NCBI RefSeq assembly: GCF_033153115.1
Contig: NW_026889801.1
Coordinates: 9,300,001 to 9,364,000, forward strand
DNA from: Saccostrea echinata
Taxonomy: Eukaryota
DNA length: 64,000 bases
Reading direction: 5' to 3'
Below are positions 1 to 13,078 of the stretch, in pieces. The notes beneath the pieces are model-generated. The model saw only the letters and a program-made list of their open reading frames with translations. It did not search any database and was not told where the DNA came from. Numbering within the stretch: the stretch's first letter is position 1; every line of letters starts with the position of its first letter. The position numbers were made by a program, and so were the translations under genes.

Positions 1-1779
1 AATAACCCCCCCCCCTCCCCCGATAATATATGTATACTTCCGTTGCTCCTATAGATAAAATGGAAATTTCGTTTTCGTCCATATTAACTTCAATGTATTA
101 AACTTTAAATTCTTCATTTATTGAAATGATTCATGTGTATTGTGATATAAAACGTTTTGTTTTGATTCGAGGAAATGCGAACAGACACCGTTCACTGTGA
201 CAGAAGGTCGGACACGGGACAGTTTGCTGCAATAAGTTATTCATGAATTCAAATAATTTCTGTAAAAAATACCTTTTCACTTTTGATACTTACTTTGTAT
301 ATAAATTATAGTATTCAGTTCTCGAGTTCATCAGGCTGATTTGATTGTAAATGAATCTGTATATTCGTGAAAAACATAACTCGGTTCGGAAAACAGGAGG
401 AATAACTCAACTAAAGGTAGGGAAAACAAAAATATCCCACAATTTTAGAGTTGTTCCTCTTTGACCAGTGAGCTTCTGAGAAGTATCGATAATAACATTG
501 TAAAATATATTTTTCCCCTTATTTGTTTGTTTTTATATATATAAAAGAAGAACAAAACAATATTTATTTGGTGAATGCATAATTATACGATAGACCTGTA
601 ATCGGAATGTTATGTACCCAACTGTAATCGGGAAAAAAACCAATGTAACATAAAAATTTTCAGATGAAAAATGCTGTGCTTTGATCACGAATACGATTTA
701 CAGAATATGAAATTAAAGAAATTTAAGGGGTAATCTTTCGTTTCTTCCTTTTCATAGAGGGGAGGGGTTTAATTAAAGAAAAAATCAATGAAAGAATTTG
801 GTACTCATAAAGAAATAACAATCAAGCCCCTAATCTCATTTTTTCTGTTTCTACTTTTAATACATCGGGATCGTATCACTCATCATTTTGACGCTTTATT
901 ATTAACGTCAAATTTGACGTCACGTTAAACGTTAAAGTGATATTGCAAGAGTTATCTCCCCCACTGTGTTGTACGTCTTTAAGGTAGAATCTATGTCGGA
1001 AACGTCTTTGTTACAGGATTTTCAAACTGTTCAAAATGAGTAATTAGCACTTGCTTATTAATCAGTTAAAAATAATGGCATGCTTCCTTCTTATTAAATC
1101 TAGTGAAGCCGGCGCAATTTAGAATGATTATTATACACTGCTATTATAATTTTCAGCCATTTCTAGGGCCACATGGTCATAAGGAGAATATAGAAAATCA
1201 CAAAAATACTTCTTCAAACATTTTGTTTATAGACTTCATTAACTGAAGAATAGTTAGAAATATTATTAAAAATTAAATTCGATTTTCTTCAATTGACATA
1301 AAATATTAAATCCACATTTCAATAAATATACGCAAATTTTATGCGCTTATTACTTTTAAAGGGATTTTTTAGTCCATCTACAACCCTAAATTTGTAAATA
1401 TTTACCAAAAGTCTTTGTGACAGTGTTTTCAATCCTGAATATGATGAAGAACATACCCAAATGATTACGGGAAAAAAAACAACTTTCCCCGCAAACTAAC
1501 GAGAGAGATGGGGCTTTTAATCAATACTAGTCATGTTGACCTTTTTGTACTTACACAGGATTTCATGATTTCATGATTAAATGAATGTTTTGGTGTTACT
1601 TTCATATTTACAATATGAATATCTATCAAAAAATGAAAATAAAAATTAATATCTAGCAAATTGTTATTATTATACACAAACCACTAAAAATCCAAATGAA
1701 TAATTAGGAAATAATTATGAAAATGAATACATTTCATTTCATAATAGACATTTCAAACATTGAATACAATCTTCTTTCA

Positions 1780-2354
1780 TTTTTAGGTCACCTGAGTCAC
1801 CCAGGTGACCTATTGCTATCTGTTTTCGTCCGTCGTCGTGCGTCGTCCTTCGTGCGTTAACTTTTGAACATTTTTAACTTCTTCTCTAGAACCGCTCAAC
1901 CAATTTCAACCAAATTTGGTATATAGCATCTATAGGTAAAGGGAAACAAAAATTGTGAATTTCATGGTCCCTGCCCCCCCCCCCCCCCTGGGGCCTGAGG
2001 GGTTGGGCTAAAACCACCAAAAATAATGCAATCTTTAAAAATCTTCTTCTTTACTCCTGGACATCAAGCAGTCAAACTGTTGGCATCATTGTAATAAGCA
2101 TTGAGCCCTCTACCAAAATTCTGAAATTCATGGCCCCAGGATCAGGGGTTCTGGCCCCAGGGTGGGGCTATATAGATCATATAGTGAAAGTGCATTATTT
2201 CTTTGAAAATCTTCTTCTCTGCTCCTGGGTATTAAATAAAGTTACTAAGTACATAGTTATGATGAGCAAGAGTGTTTCTTCCAAAATTGTGAAATTCATG
2301 GCCCCAGGGTCAGGGTTTCTGGTGTTAGGGCGGGGCTCTATAGATTATATAGTG

Positions 2355-2388
<34 letters not shown>

Positions 2389-2858
2389 GCTCCTGGGTAT
2401 TAAATAAAAGAACTAAGTACATAGTTATGATGAGCAAGAATGCCTCTTCCAAAATTGTGAAATTCATGGCCCCAGGGTCAGGGGTTCTGGTGTTAGGGCG
2501 TGGCTCTATAGATTATATAGTGAAAATGCATTAATTCTTTGAAAATCTTCTTCTCTGCTCCTGGGTATTAAATAAAGGAACTAAGTACATAGTTATGATG
2601 AGCAAGAGTGCCTCTTCCAAAATTGTGAAATTCATGGCCCCGGGGTCAGGGGTTCTGGTGTTAGGGCGTGGCTCTATAGATTATATAGTGAAAATGCATT
2701 AATTCTTTGAAAATCTTCTTCTCTGCTCCTGGGTATTAATTAAAAGAACTAAGTACATAGTTATGATGAGCAAGAGTACCTCTTCCAAAATTGTGAAATT
2801 CATGGCCCCAGGGTCAGGGGTTCTGGTGTTAGGGCGTGGCTCTATAGATTATATAGTG

Positions 2859-2892
<34 letters not shown>

Positions 2893-3357
2893 GCTCCTGG
2901 GTATTAATTAAAAGAACTAAGTACATAGTTATGATGAGCAAGAGTGCCTCTTCCAAAAGTGTGAAATTCATGGCCACAGGGTCAGGGGTTCTGGTGTTAG
3001 GGCGTGGCTCTATAGATTATATAGTGAAAAAGCATTAATTCATTGAAAATCTTCTCTGCGTCTGGATATTTAATAAAGTAACTAAGTACATAGTTATAAT
3101 GAGCAAAAGTGCCTTTTCAAAATTGTGAAATTCATGGCCCCGGGGTCAGGGGTTCTGGTGTTAGGGCGGGGCTCTATTGATTATAAAGTGAAAATGCATT
3201 AATTCATTGAAAATCTTCTTCTCTGCTCCTGGATATTTAATAAAGTAACTAAGTACATAGTTATAATGAGCAAGAGTACCTTTTCCAAAATTGTGAAATT
3301 CATGGTCCCATGGTCAGGGGTTCTGGTGTTAGGCGGGGCTCTATCAACTATATAGTG

Positions 3358-3391
<34 letters not shown>

Positions 3392-4837
3392 GCTCCTGGG
3401 CATTAAGGTGATAAACTAAGTACATAGTTATGATGAGGAGGTGGGCCTCTTCCAGAATTGTGAAAGCCATGGCCCCTGGGTCAGAGGTTCTGGTGTTAGG
3501 GTGGGCTCTATTGATTATATAGTGAAAATGCATTAATTCTTTGAAAATCTTCTTCTCTGCTACTGGAGACTATTTAAACAAACTAGGTGCATGGTTATGA
3601 TGCATAAGGATGCCTTTTCAAAAATTGTGAATTTCATGGCCCCAGGGTCAGAGGTTCTGGTGTTAGGGTGGGGCTCTATTGATTATATAGTGAAAATGCA
3701 TTGATTCTTTGAAAATCTTCTTCTCTGCTACTGGAGATTATTTAAACAAACTAAGTGCATGATTATGATAGTCAAGAATGCCTCTTCCAAAATTTTTAAA
3801 TATATGGCCTCAGTTTTTGGGGTTCTTGAGGAGGGGAGGGGGGGCTCTATTGATTATATAGTGAAAAAGCATTAATTCTATTAATTAATCATTAATTAAT
3901 CCTGTCTGTTCCTTAGTGTTGAGCTGATAAATGAATTGCTTACCTATGATGAAAATGGGAGCTTTGAACAGAATTTTTTTAAATCTTGTGGTCCTAGGGT
4001 GAGGGTTTCTGGCATAACGAGGGGGGTGGGGCTTTTGATAATATAGTGGAAAAGTGTTAATTCTTTAAAGTCCATAGTTATGATGATGAGGGTAACTCTT
4101 CCAAATTTGTAAATTTCTTGACCCTTGGTCTTGGGTTCTGGTGTTAGGGTAAGGCTTTGTTGAATCTGTAGTGAAAATGCATTGTACCTGTGAAATTCTT
4201 CTCTGCTTCTGGGCATATCGGAAGCAAACTGAGTAAAAGTTTAAATGATATGAGTAAGTGTATTTCTACCAGATTTTTAAACATTTGGACCATTGGTCTA
4301 AGCATTCTGGTCCTGGGCAGGGCTCTATTAATTTGTATTCTACTGAGAGAAGTTATTCCCCTTTTCCATTCACCTTTAAAATCACTGTAAATAATGTATT
4401 TGAAAGGTTAATAGAATAAGATAATTATGCAAGAATGTTTATCGTATAATTAAAAAAGTACTTTCTTAGTTTTAATAATCAGGTAGACCTGTAAGTAATA
4501 GATAAAAAAAAAATGAGACAAAAATAACTTATCTTATTAAAAGTTCTTCAAAGACCAAAAGAGAGGTTAATGCTAGAGGTCTTAATATGGGTTTAAAAAT
4601 AGTACAGAAGCACTAATAGTTTGTCAATAGTCTGCATGGTGATAGTGTAAAGTGGGGGACAGATTAGAACTTAATTTATGAGTTGATACTGAATACTAGA
4701 CTGTCTAATTATTTTGTTGATCCTGATCTTCCTGACTTCTCTTGCTTTAGGGCACATTGCTTCATCTATCAGTGTATTTAACTTTGAAATTGTTGTATTA
4801 TATTCAGGTGACCGTTAAGGCCCTTGGGCCTCTTGTT
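1780..4837 (+). mobile_element. Non-autonomous Helentron/HINE (DINE-1/pearl-like) element carrying a 168-bp tandem array
   Basis: 5' TTTTAGGTCACCTGAGTCACCCAGGTGACC palindrome, then CGTC-rich microsatellite; 3' subterminal inverted copy TCAGGTGACC (4804) and hairpin AGGCCCTTGGGCCT-CTTGTT; internal tandem repeats. Confidence 0.85.
2030..4330. repeat. 168-bp satellite-like tandem array (about 12-13 units, degenerate at the edges)
   Basis: ATGGCC anchor recurs at 2130, 2298, 2466, 2634, 2802, 2970 (period 168), then less exact copies to ~4300. Confidence 0.95.
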
Positions 4838-5344
4838 ACTCTTATGTAACCACTAGGCCTCTTTCATTTTCACTCTTTTGAAACCTCTAGGCCTCGTTCT
4901 TCTCTTTCTCCTCTTGTTCTCTTCTTTCGTAACCTTTCGGTCCCCTTCTAGTTCCCTCTTCCTTTCGTCTTGCCGTTCCTGTTACTGAGTCAAGAATGAT
5001 AACCCAATTCTAGTCTATTGAGCAATATAAAGAGTTATCTCTAAAAAAAACTACCGTTTGTTGTATGTCAGTAGATTTAATTAAATTATTAAAAAAGAAT
5101 AAATACATATTTGATTAAACAAAATGCAGTTCGAAAGCTTTGATAAAGAAAACAGGGGAACAAGCTGACAAAAAAGGAACATAGTCGGACAAGATTTAAT
5201 CTGAGGAAGTTTTCTTCAGATATGTAAAACAAGAATTTTGTAAGCCAATGCTCACTAGTAATACCCCCGCTCTGATGTGAATATACGCTCTCATGTGAAT
5301 ACATTATACTAACAACATAAATCCATTATGAAATCATTCTCATT

Positions 5345-5856
5345 GTTCACACACTTTTTGGAAATTTGCTACGGACAGACGTACGTATAAACAAGAAGTT
5401 AATATTGGATTCGTACAAAAATGAATCCCACCATATGGTATGCCTAAACAAAGAGTGTGCTAAAATTTCAAGCATCTGCCTTGAGTTGTTGCTGAGAAAA
5501 TTGCGACGGTATGTTGGAACGCACAGACGCAGAGAGAAAAAAGGATTTGACCGGATTCGTACAAAAACGAATCCCACCATATGGTATGCTTACACAAAGG
5601 GTGTGCTAAAATTTCAAGCATCTGCGATGAGTAGTTGCTGGAAAACTGCGGCGAAAAATTAGTACGGACAGACACATGGATGAACAAGAAGTTGATATCG
5701 GATTCTTACAAAAATGAATCTCACCATTTGGTATGCCTAAACAAGGAGTGTGCTGACAATTCTGCGAAGATTTTTTGCTGAGTAAACTGCAACGAAAATT
5801 TGACAGGCAGACACACAAGGGTAAAACAGTATTCTTCGGAGCGGGGATATAATTAT
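5345..5856. mobile_element. Degenerate non-autonomous Helentron-like element with internal subrepeats
   Basis: Three copies of GGATTCGTACAAAAATGAATCCCACCATATGGTATGC (5408, 5553, 5700), ACGGACAGAC motifs, end GGGTAAAACAGTA..GCGGGGATATAA. Confidence 0.6.
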
Positions 5857-6639
5857 CCAAAATACTGCAATTTGATTTAGACTATGTTCGTTTATTTAAA
5901 GCATGTGACAATATCGACCTTTATCAATTTAGGTGTAAAATAGTAGAGGATATTCATCTCTGTTTTTTTTTTCAATTCATGCAATGAATATAAGGCAGAA
6001 AAAAAAACTTTTTCCGAATAATTTCTGCGAATGTAGTTATTACAATCTTATTACAATATTCACTGTTTACTTTGGGGGGGGGGGGGTGTAAACTGTTGCA
6101 AAAAAAGAATATTTTTTTCTTTCAATTTTTCAAATATTTTTTTTTTCAAAAAGTCACTTTGTTTGATTGTTGTAGAGATTATTTACAGTGATCCTTACTA
6201 CACTACTGTATCATATATGTAACAGAGAAATAATTGATCCTAATCCACTGATTGTAATCCTGTATTTTTTTTTATTTTTAACCGTGACTCATATTTTAAA
6301 ATTTTCATTTTTTTTTTTTTTGAATTCTTTTTAAATTGTTTGCTTTATAAAACACGTAGGTAAAGGGCTAGGACGAACTAAGTTTTTACCCAATCACACT
6401 TTAAACGTTTATAGACAATTAAATATTTTCATAGCTAGCGAGGCAGTAGCATGTAAAATGGCAGAATTTACCATTTCTTTCTACTATACTATATAGTATT
6501 ACATTTTTTGGCAGATCAGTGGGTCCTCTTTCTCTTCTCTGTTATGGGAAATATGCCTTTGAAAATGCAATTTTATGCTAAAACTTTTTTCTAACTATAT
6601 TTCAGTCCAGTTCTTTAATTTGAATTCGAGGGTTTTATC

Positions 6640-7430
6640 AAACAAGAGGCAATGGGCCACAACTCTCACCTTATATGGTCCTCCTATTCTTCATTAGAAA
6701 ATTTATTTACTTTATATTTCTTTGTAAAATTTTATCACCTATCATGGCACTATCCTACCCCCCCCCCCTCCCCCGGTCTATGATTTGAACAAACTTGAAT
6801 CTACCTGAGGATGGTTCAATATCAACAAGACTAATCATGCTTTCGATGTTCTTGAAAAGAAAATTTATAAAGATTTATTCCTATATTCCGTATGTAAAAT
6901 TGTGATCCTCCACTGTAGCTCAACTCTACCCCCTGGGGTCATGAGTTGAAAAAAAAATAATCTACTCTACCTGAGGAAGCTTCAATTTCAGAATGACTGA
7001 CCATGCTTTTGCAAAGATTTTTTAAAAGATTTTTTACCTCTTTATTCCTATGTAAAACCTTTATCGCCAGGCCCATTATTGCCCCGCCCTACCCCGGGAG
7101 GTCATGGTGAACCAACTTCAATCTACAACCTAAGAATTCTTCTATATCAATATCATGAAAACGAACAAACTTGATTCTACTACATGAGAATGCTCCCATT
7201 CAACATAACTAATTATTCCTTTGCTTTTCTTCAGAAGATTTTTGAAGATTTTTTCCTAAGTAAATTTTTGATCACCCATTATCGCCCCATCCTACCCCAG
7301 GTCATGTTTTGAACATATTTGAATCTACTCTTCCTGAGAATGCTTCCATATCAGTATGACTAGTAATTCCTTTGCTGTTCTTGAGAAGATTTTTTAAAGA
7401 TTGTTTCCTATATATGCCTTTGTAAAACAC
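6640..7430 (-). mobile_element. HINE/Helentron remnant with Cg170-like monomers, reverse orientation
   Basis: AACAAGAGGCAATGGGCCACAACTCTCACCT is the reverse complement of the HINE 3' end at 26686-26718; followed by ~160-170 bp degenerate repeats (CCTACCCC..TCATG..GAATCTAC..CTGAG). Confidence 0.75.
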
Positions 7431-8011
7431 TTAAGTTTTATCTTTTCCTGGCCCATTAGAAACAGGTCTCCGATAAACTATGTTTCTTGATAGTCCCAAG
7501 GCTTTATAGTAAATGTGTTCTTTATACATGTGCATGAATTTAAAAAAAAATCCCAATTTTACTTTAATAAAATATTTACAATACTACATCGCTGTACTCC
7601 TTAAAAATTCTAAATGGCAAAGTGACAAAAATTTGAAAAAAGGATTGGCTGAGAATATGAACATACTTGTATAGGTGTGTTAATATAAAACATAAATTGT
7701 TACATGTAATCGATAACTTTATTTTTCTCATACACTTCACATACTATAAATCACTAGTATCAGGTACACAAACACAAATTTTCATAATACCCGTTAGTTC
7801 ACCTGTGATTAAAAGCGTCGGTTACGTTTTGAAAATAAGTTTTCATGCATTGGTCGTCCTGATTTATTTACTCTCATTTACAAGTTTGTCGCTGACTTTT
7901 CAGCAATTACAAGTCGATATCTTCAATTCCAGAGACGAATGCATATATGATTTCCAAACGATAGTGTCTTTATAAGGGTAATATATAATTATATATAATA
8001 TAATATCTATA

Positions 8012-8841
8012 CCCTCGAGTGCCCAGTAGTCGTGCTCTTAAAAGAGTATCAGTGCTAAGTACAGTTTAAATGAAAACTGTGGTTATTTCATTTGATATCT
8101 TAACTTACCGTGTAATTGTCTAATTTTCTTGCTATTAAAAATATTTCTAAATGCTTTATTAAATTTAGTATCGATGTACAAAACAAGTGAGGTTATTGGC
8201 CATATTTGTTTTGGACCAGTGGTCGTGCACTCGGATGTTACAGCAAATATGGGGCCAAGAAAAATGAAAACCAAATAAAAACAAATTTCATGTGACTAAG
8301 ACTTTATTCTTCAAGGATCAATTCAATCATTTTTAGAATTTATTTGATTTAATTAGGTTTACGATTGTTTTTTTTCTAAAATAGGTCATACGTTTTTCAT
8401 CACTCTTTCTATACATGTATTCCTACGTAATAATTACGTATTTCGATATAAGGACTATATAATTTTTATCAAGTCATCTTTCTAAATTCTTGACCAAAGT
8501 AAAAAATTGAAATACCCAGTGATCATCACGTATGATTATGCTAATTAGCCATGTGCTCGTCATGTCCATAGGTGGCGCTTCCGTGCAGGTAGAGTATATA
8601 TTTAGAAACTGTAAAAAGAGTATCAGCAAAATGGCGGCTTTTATTGATGCTTATGTTTATTTGATTAATTTATAAATGTTTCCTCAGCATATTTGACTTT
8701 TTGTTTTAGAGTAAGCACTTCCTTCTCTAATCTTTGAAAATCAGTCGCTTATGACGTAATATCATAGCACGTGCAGACGTACGACAACAAACAAAATAAT
8801 GCACGACTACTGGGCACACACGACTATAGGACGCTCGACCA
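8012..8841. mobile_element. MITE, Tc1/mariner-like
   Basis: GTGCCCAGTAGTCGTGC (8019-8035) and its exact reverse complement GCACGACTACTGGGCAC (8801-8817); outer degenerate TIR ends flanked by TA. Confidence 0.75.
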
Positions 8842-11263
8842 TAATTTTACAGTTCCCCTGATTCTGATGGGTATTTTGTTAAATATGTTTAAGTCATTTT
8901 AAAAATAAGTTCTCTTTTATTATTTTAAGCAAGAAATCAAAAGATTTTGAAGCCATGAGTTCTATTTGTTTGAACCAACAGGTCTAAAACAAATAACTAG
9001 CAACAAAATCATTTCACAAATAACAAGCTTACAATAACTTTCAAAACAACAAAATTAACCAGGTTATCCCAAAAGAAAATAACAGAATTTAAGCAAAATG
9101 AACATTATATAAAGCGCTAGAACAGTATATAATTTCAAGAACTAGAACATTGAATAAAAAATCCCCAGATATAAGGAAGAAAATTCTTAAAATTTACACA
9201 GAGCGGAAGGAGAAGAAGACATGCGCAGAAGGGACATATTTACGTATGTAGATACATAAATCCTGTTAAGTAAAAACCACGGTCTGTATGTATCAAGAAA
9301 AAACAAACGTTGCTTGCAGCAAGAATATTTTTGGGTCAAAGTCCCTGTTATCCTAATATTTAGAGTTCATACATTTTATTTTTGTACTCCGTGAAAAAAA
9401 TGCATACATGTACAAGTATGTATATAAAACTAAAAATCATAATAAAAACATATACATTTACCCGCCTTCCATGTATTTTACAAATTTACTTAAAATTTGA
9501 TGTCTTCTAACTTCTTTATTGATTATTATCATAGTGGTTGGAAAATGTTTTTATTTCCTATCTGAATTTAAATTTACTTTTTCATGTATATTCAAGGCAT
9601 AGCCCTTCAGATGAAATTTATGACCGTATTCTTACAGGAAGTATGTACAGTGTACATATACACTGTATGGTATAGTCTCGATGGTTATACCAAAGCATTC
9701 TGTGTCATTGTTTTACTTATCAACACTAACAGAATAACAATTAATTAAAGAGATAATGAAGTCAGCATGTGTATCTCAGATCACACTTTTACTTTAAACT
9801 ATTAGCTACCTTGTGTGTCCTTATCGGGAACAATGCAAGGTGTTTACCTGTCGGGGCCTCGCCCCTGCCGTTGCATTGAAATACAACTGATAAGACAAAA
9901 TATACCTGTATACCTCGCTTTCCGGCTGATTTGGTGGTAGCCGTGATGAATTGAGGCTTTAATAACGTTATCAGAAAGTTTATTGTACCATCAAGTAGTG
10001 AAATGTTTCATATTTGACTCAGTGGATTCCTTTAAGGTTCGCCTAAGTAATGGACAATTTTTGGAAGTACATGTAGAGTTGGACGACTTTGGTTCCTTAT
10101 CGATATGACGTTTTGACTGCTTGTATCATTGCGTGGTGCGATTAAATATAGGATTAACCATTACTCGAAATGGGGTAACTATCAAAGTAAAAGTATTTAA
10201 CTGTTACTTTTTTTTAAACAGTAAGACCTTTGGATCATCACTGGAACTGCTCTCAGATCACAGAAACAGTTTTACAGATGATAAAATTGAATATTTATTG
10301 TAAAATTAACCGATTTTTATTTTCCAATCAATTTCATCTTAGATATGAAAGAAATGTAATCATAATGATCATATAAATAGAAAAAATACATCGATTGACA
10401 CCGACTTGCTATCATATCACTTCCTACTGCAGATTTATGTAAAGAGCGCATGCCACGGTTTTCTTGAGAGCCCTTTATCTTTCGTTTACCGATGTGCATT
10501 TTATCGACACTATGGGAAATCAATAAGATGATAAATTATTTCCTAGTACAAAAATATTTGTGTAACCATAGCTGGGTGCTACATGTAGCATGTCTTATTT
10601 TTTATTGCCAATGCACCTTTATTGTGTGTGATTTAGTTAGAAACCTATTTATTGGTGTGCATTATGAGCATATGAACCGAAAATAACTTCTGCCAGTCAA
10701 TTTACTGTTTTAAACAAATTAAACTGAATTTTTATTGTATGGTTTTTTCTTATCTGAGTTGAGGTTAGGCGTGTTTAATTTATGATTCAAGCAGAAAGAA
10801 TTTGAAAATTGGTTTGTTGTATTGACTATTTGCATGTTTAAATGTTCTCAATAAAATATGCTTCCTTGAATTTTACAATACATATGCGCCCTTTATTAAC
10901 CACTCTAATTCAGTACCAACTAATCATCATTACACATTTTGCCGACTGAATTCGGGATGTAATGATTGATAAGTTATGCAACCTTTTTTAAACACGAGGC
11001 TGGGTAAGGTTTTGACAAGAGAAAATATTTCTTATCAGAATCGTTCCCCGGAAACGGAACATTTAACAACTGTCTAGGAGCAATAGACTTAACCACTGAC
11101 AGAATATCCTCTCATAGAATATACAAAGAATTTGTGAATACTACAAAGTTGACGTTCGGCTTTAACTTGAAATCATTGAAAAAACATCATTTGTAAGATA
11201 AATATTAATATTGTTGTAGATCAGTATGTAATTATTTTTGACGGTTTTTGATAAGATATACAA

Positions 11264-12712
11264 CAGGGATAGGCACGATTACTGAAAAATGTAATCGATT
11301 AATAATCGATTACTTAGAGGAATTTTGTGTAATCGATTATTAATCGATAACACATTTTTGTCCTGTAATCGATTGAAATCGATTATTTTGGAAGATGTAA
11401 TCGATCAATAATCGATTACTTCAAAGTTTTTATCCCTTCAAATATCAAAGCAATATTTAAATGGTAAATGTTGGATGTTATCCACTGAAGCTTGAATGCG
11501 TTCCTGCAGTTTCAGTGCAGATTCTTTTAAGGTTTTATTCTGGCTAACATTCTCACTAAATGCCCAAATGAGGGATTCTCACGGAAAGTGGAGACATTAT
11601 TCCTGGGGACATGATTCCTGCAATAAAATATGCCAAGGAATTAATTATTCCATTCAACCTTGGATCTGAACCTCATTGACTTGTTGTAAAAACTATTTAA
11701 TATTTTATCGTGAATTACTTCATAAGAAGTATTTGGGCTGCCCGTATGTTGACAGCACACATTAAACATTCCTGTACGTGTCTTTTTCAGAAAAATGAGT
11801 AAATTAGATCTCTTAGTAATAAACATGTAAATTAAATGTGTCTTTAAGTATTTAAACTAATAGCACAATATCATTTTGTATTAAAATAAGTGTTTTGAGA
11901 GCTATTAACTGTTTCAATAAATTAAATATTGTTTGTCTTCAATGGAATGAAAGTTAAACACTTGGTAGTTCACAGTTTACACCTCATTATCTGCAAATCA
12001 GGGATGTCTCAGTCAATTAATTATTTATTATGAAAACATGAGAATGATTTTGCAAATTTTAAAGTTACTAAAACGCAAGTTTGAAGTTGTTCAAACATTT
12101 TCAGGTATGAATAAGTATTTCCATCTTGAATTCTTTTTTTTCGAGTAAAATGTAGTTTATTTACCAAATTATTAATGCACTTAATTCTGTTTTTGCTATT
12201 TATAATTTTCTATTACAAGACAAAGTTTTTCAACATCTGAAATATGAAAAAGGACATGCAGCAAGAGGACAGTGGATCAAATGTAAAATGCACACGAAAA
12301 ATCTGTATATTTTATTAATAAATGGTTGAAATACACTTCTGAATTATTTAATACTAGACCAGAAGGTCTATAATGCAAATTTTATTGAGAAAATTATCAA
12401 ACTTATGATAATAAAAGTTAGGAAATCCAAACATTACACTGGGTGGTTTATATTTGATATTTATGTGTGACTGACTGGAAATAATTATACAAAATGACAT
12501 CCATTTACATGTATGTATAAAATTAAATAATCGAAAGTAATCGAAAATTTTGTAATATTATCATAATTACATTGAAAATTTTAGCTATAATCGATTAAAT
12601 TACGATTACAACTAATCGAAAATCTCTTCGAACACAGATTACTGTCGATTACTTGAAAAAAGTAATCATTACAATCGATTACGATAGCTCGATTACCATT
12701 ACCCCATCCCTG
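11264..12712. mobile_element. Non-autonomous hAT DNA transposon
   Basis: Exact 8-bp TSD ATATACAA (11256-11263 and 12713-12720); TIR CAGGGATAGG / CCCATCCCTG; dense subterminal AATCGATTA repeats at both ends. Confidence 0.9.
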
Positions 12713-13078
12713 ATATACAAATGTTCATATCCCCGGCACATTACTGCTATGGAAATTTTAAGAACGACAAATTGGGCATAAACAAATAAAAAGTACATTC
12801 ATGAAATATACATTACCATATGAATATTTTCTTTTTAATTTCTTCATTATTCATCAAACTATCTACATAACAAAATATCTGCAGATAAACATACATATGT
12901 ATATAAAAATAGAAAGGTGTTAATTGAAGAGAGGATTTGGGTAAAGTTCCTTTGTATGTCGAGAGAATGCTTTTCGTGCTCTCTTAGTGCATTAGAAAGT
13001 TGAAAATTTTCTCTGTTTTATCTTCAAGTAAATTCGAAAAATATTTTTCTTTTTAGGTTGAAAAGGAAAATTTTGTTT

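Noticed and set aside
2130-3038. Repetitive ORFs (MAPGSGVL..) as a repeat protein or a CRISPR-like array
   Set aside because: The 168-bp monomer is a multiple of 3, so frames persist by chance; stops occur in several copies; no unique spacers; lies inside a Helentron-type element.
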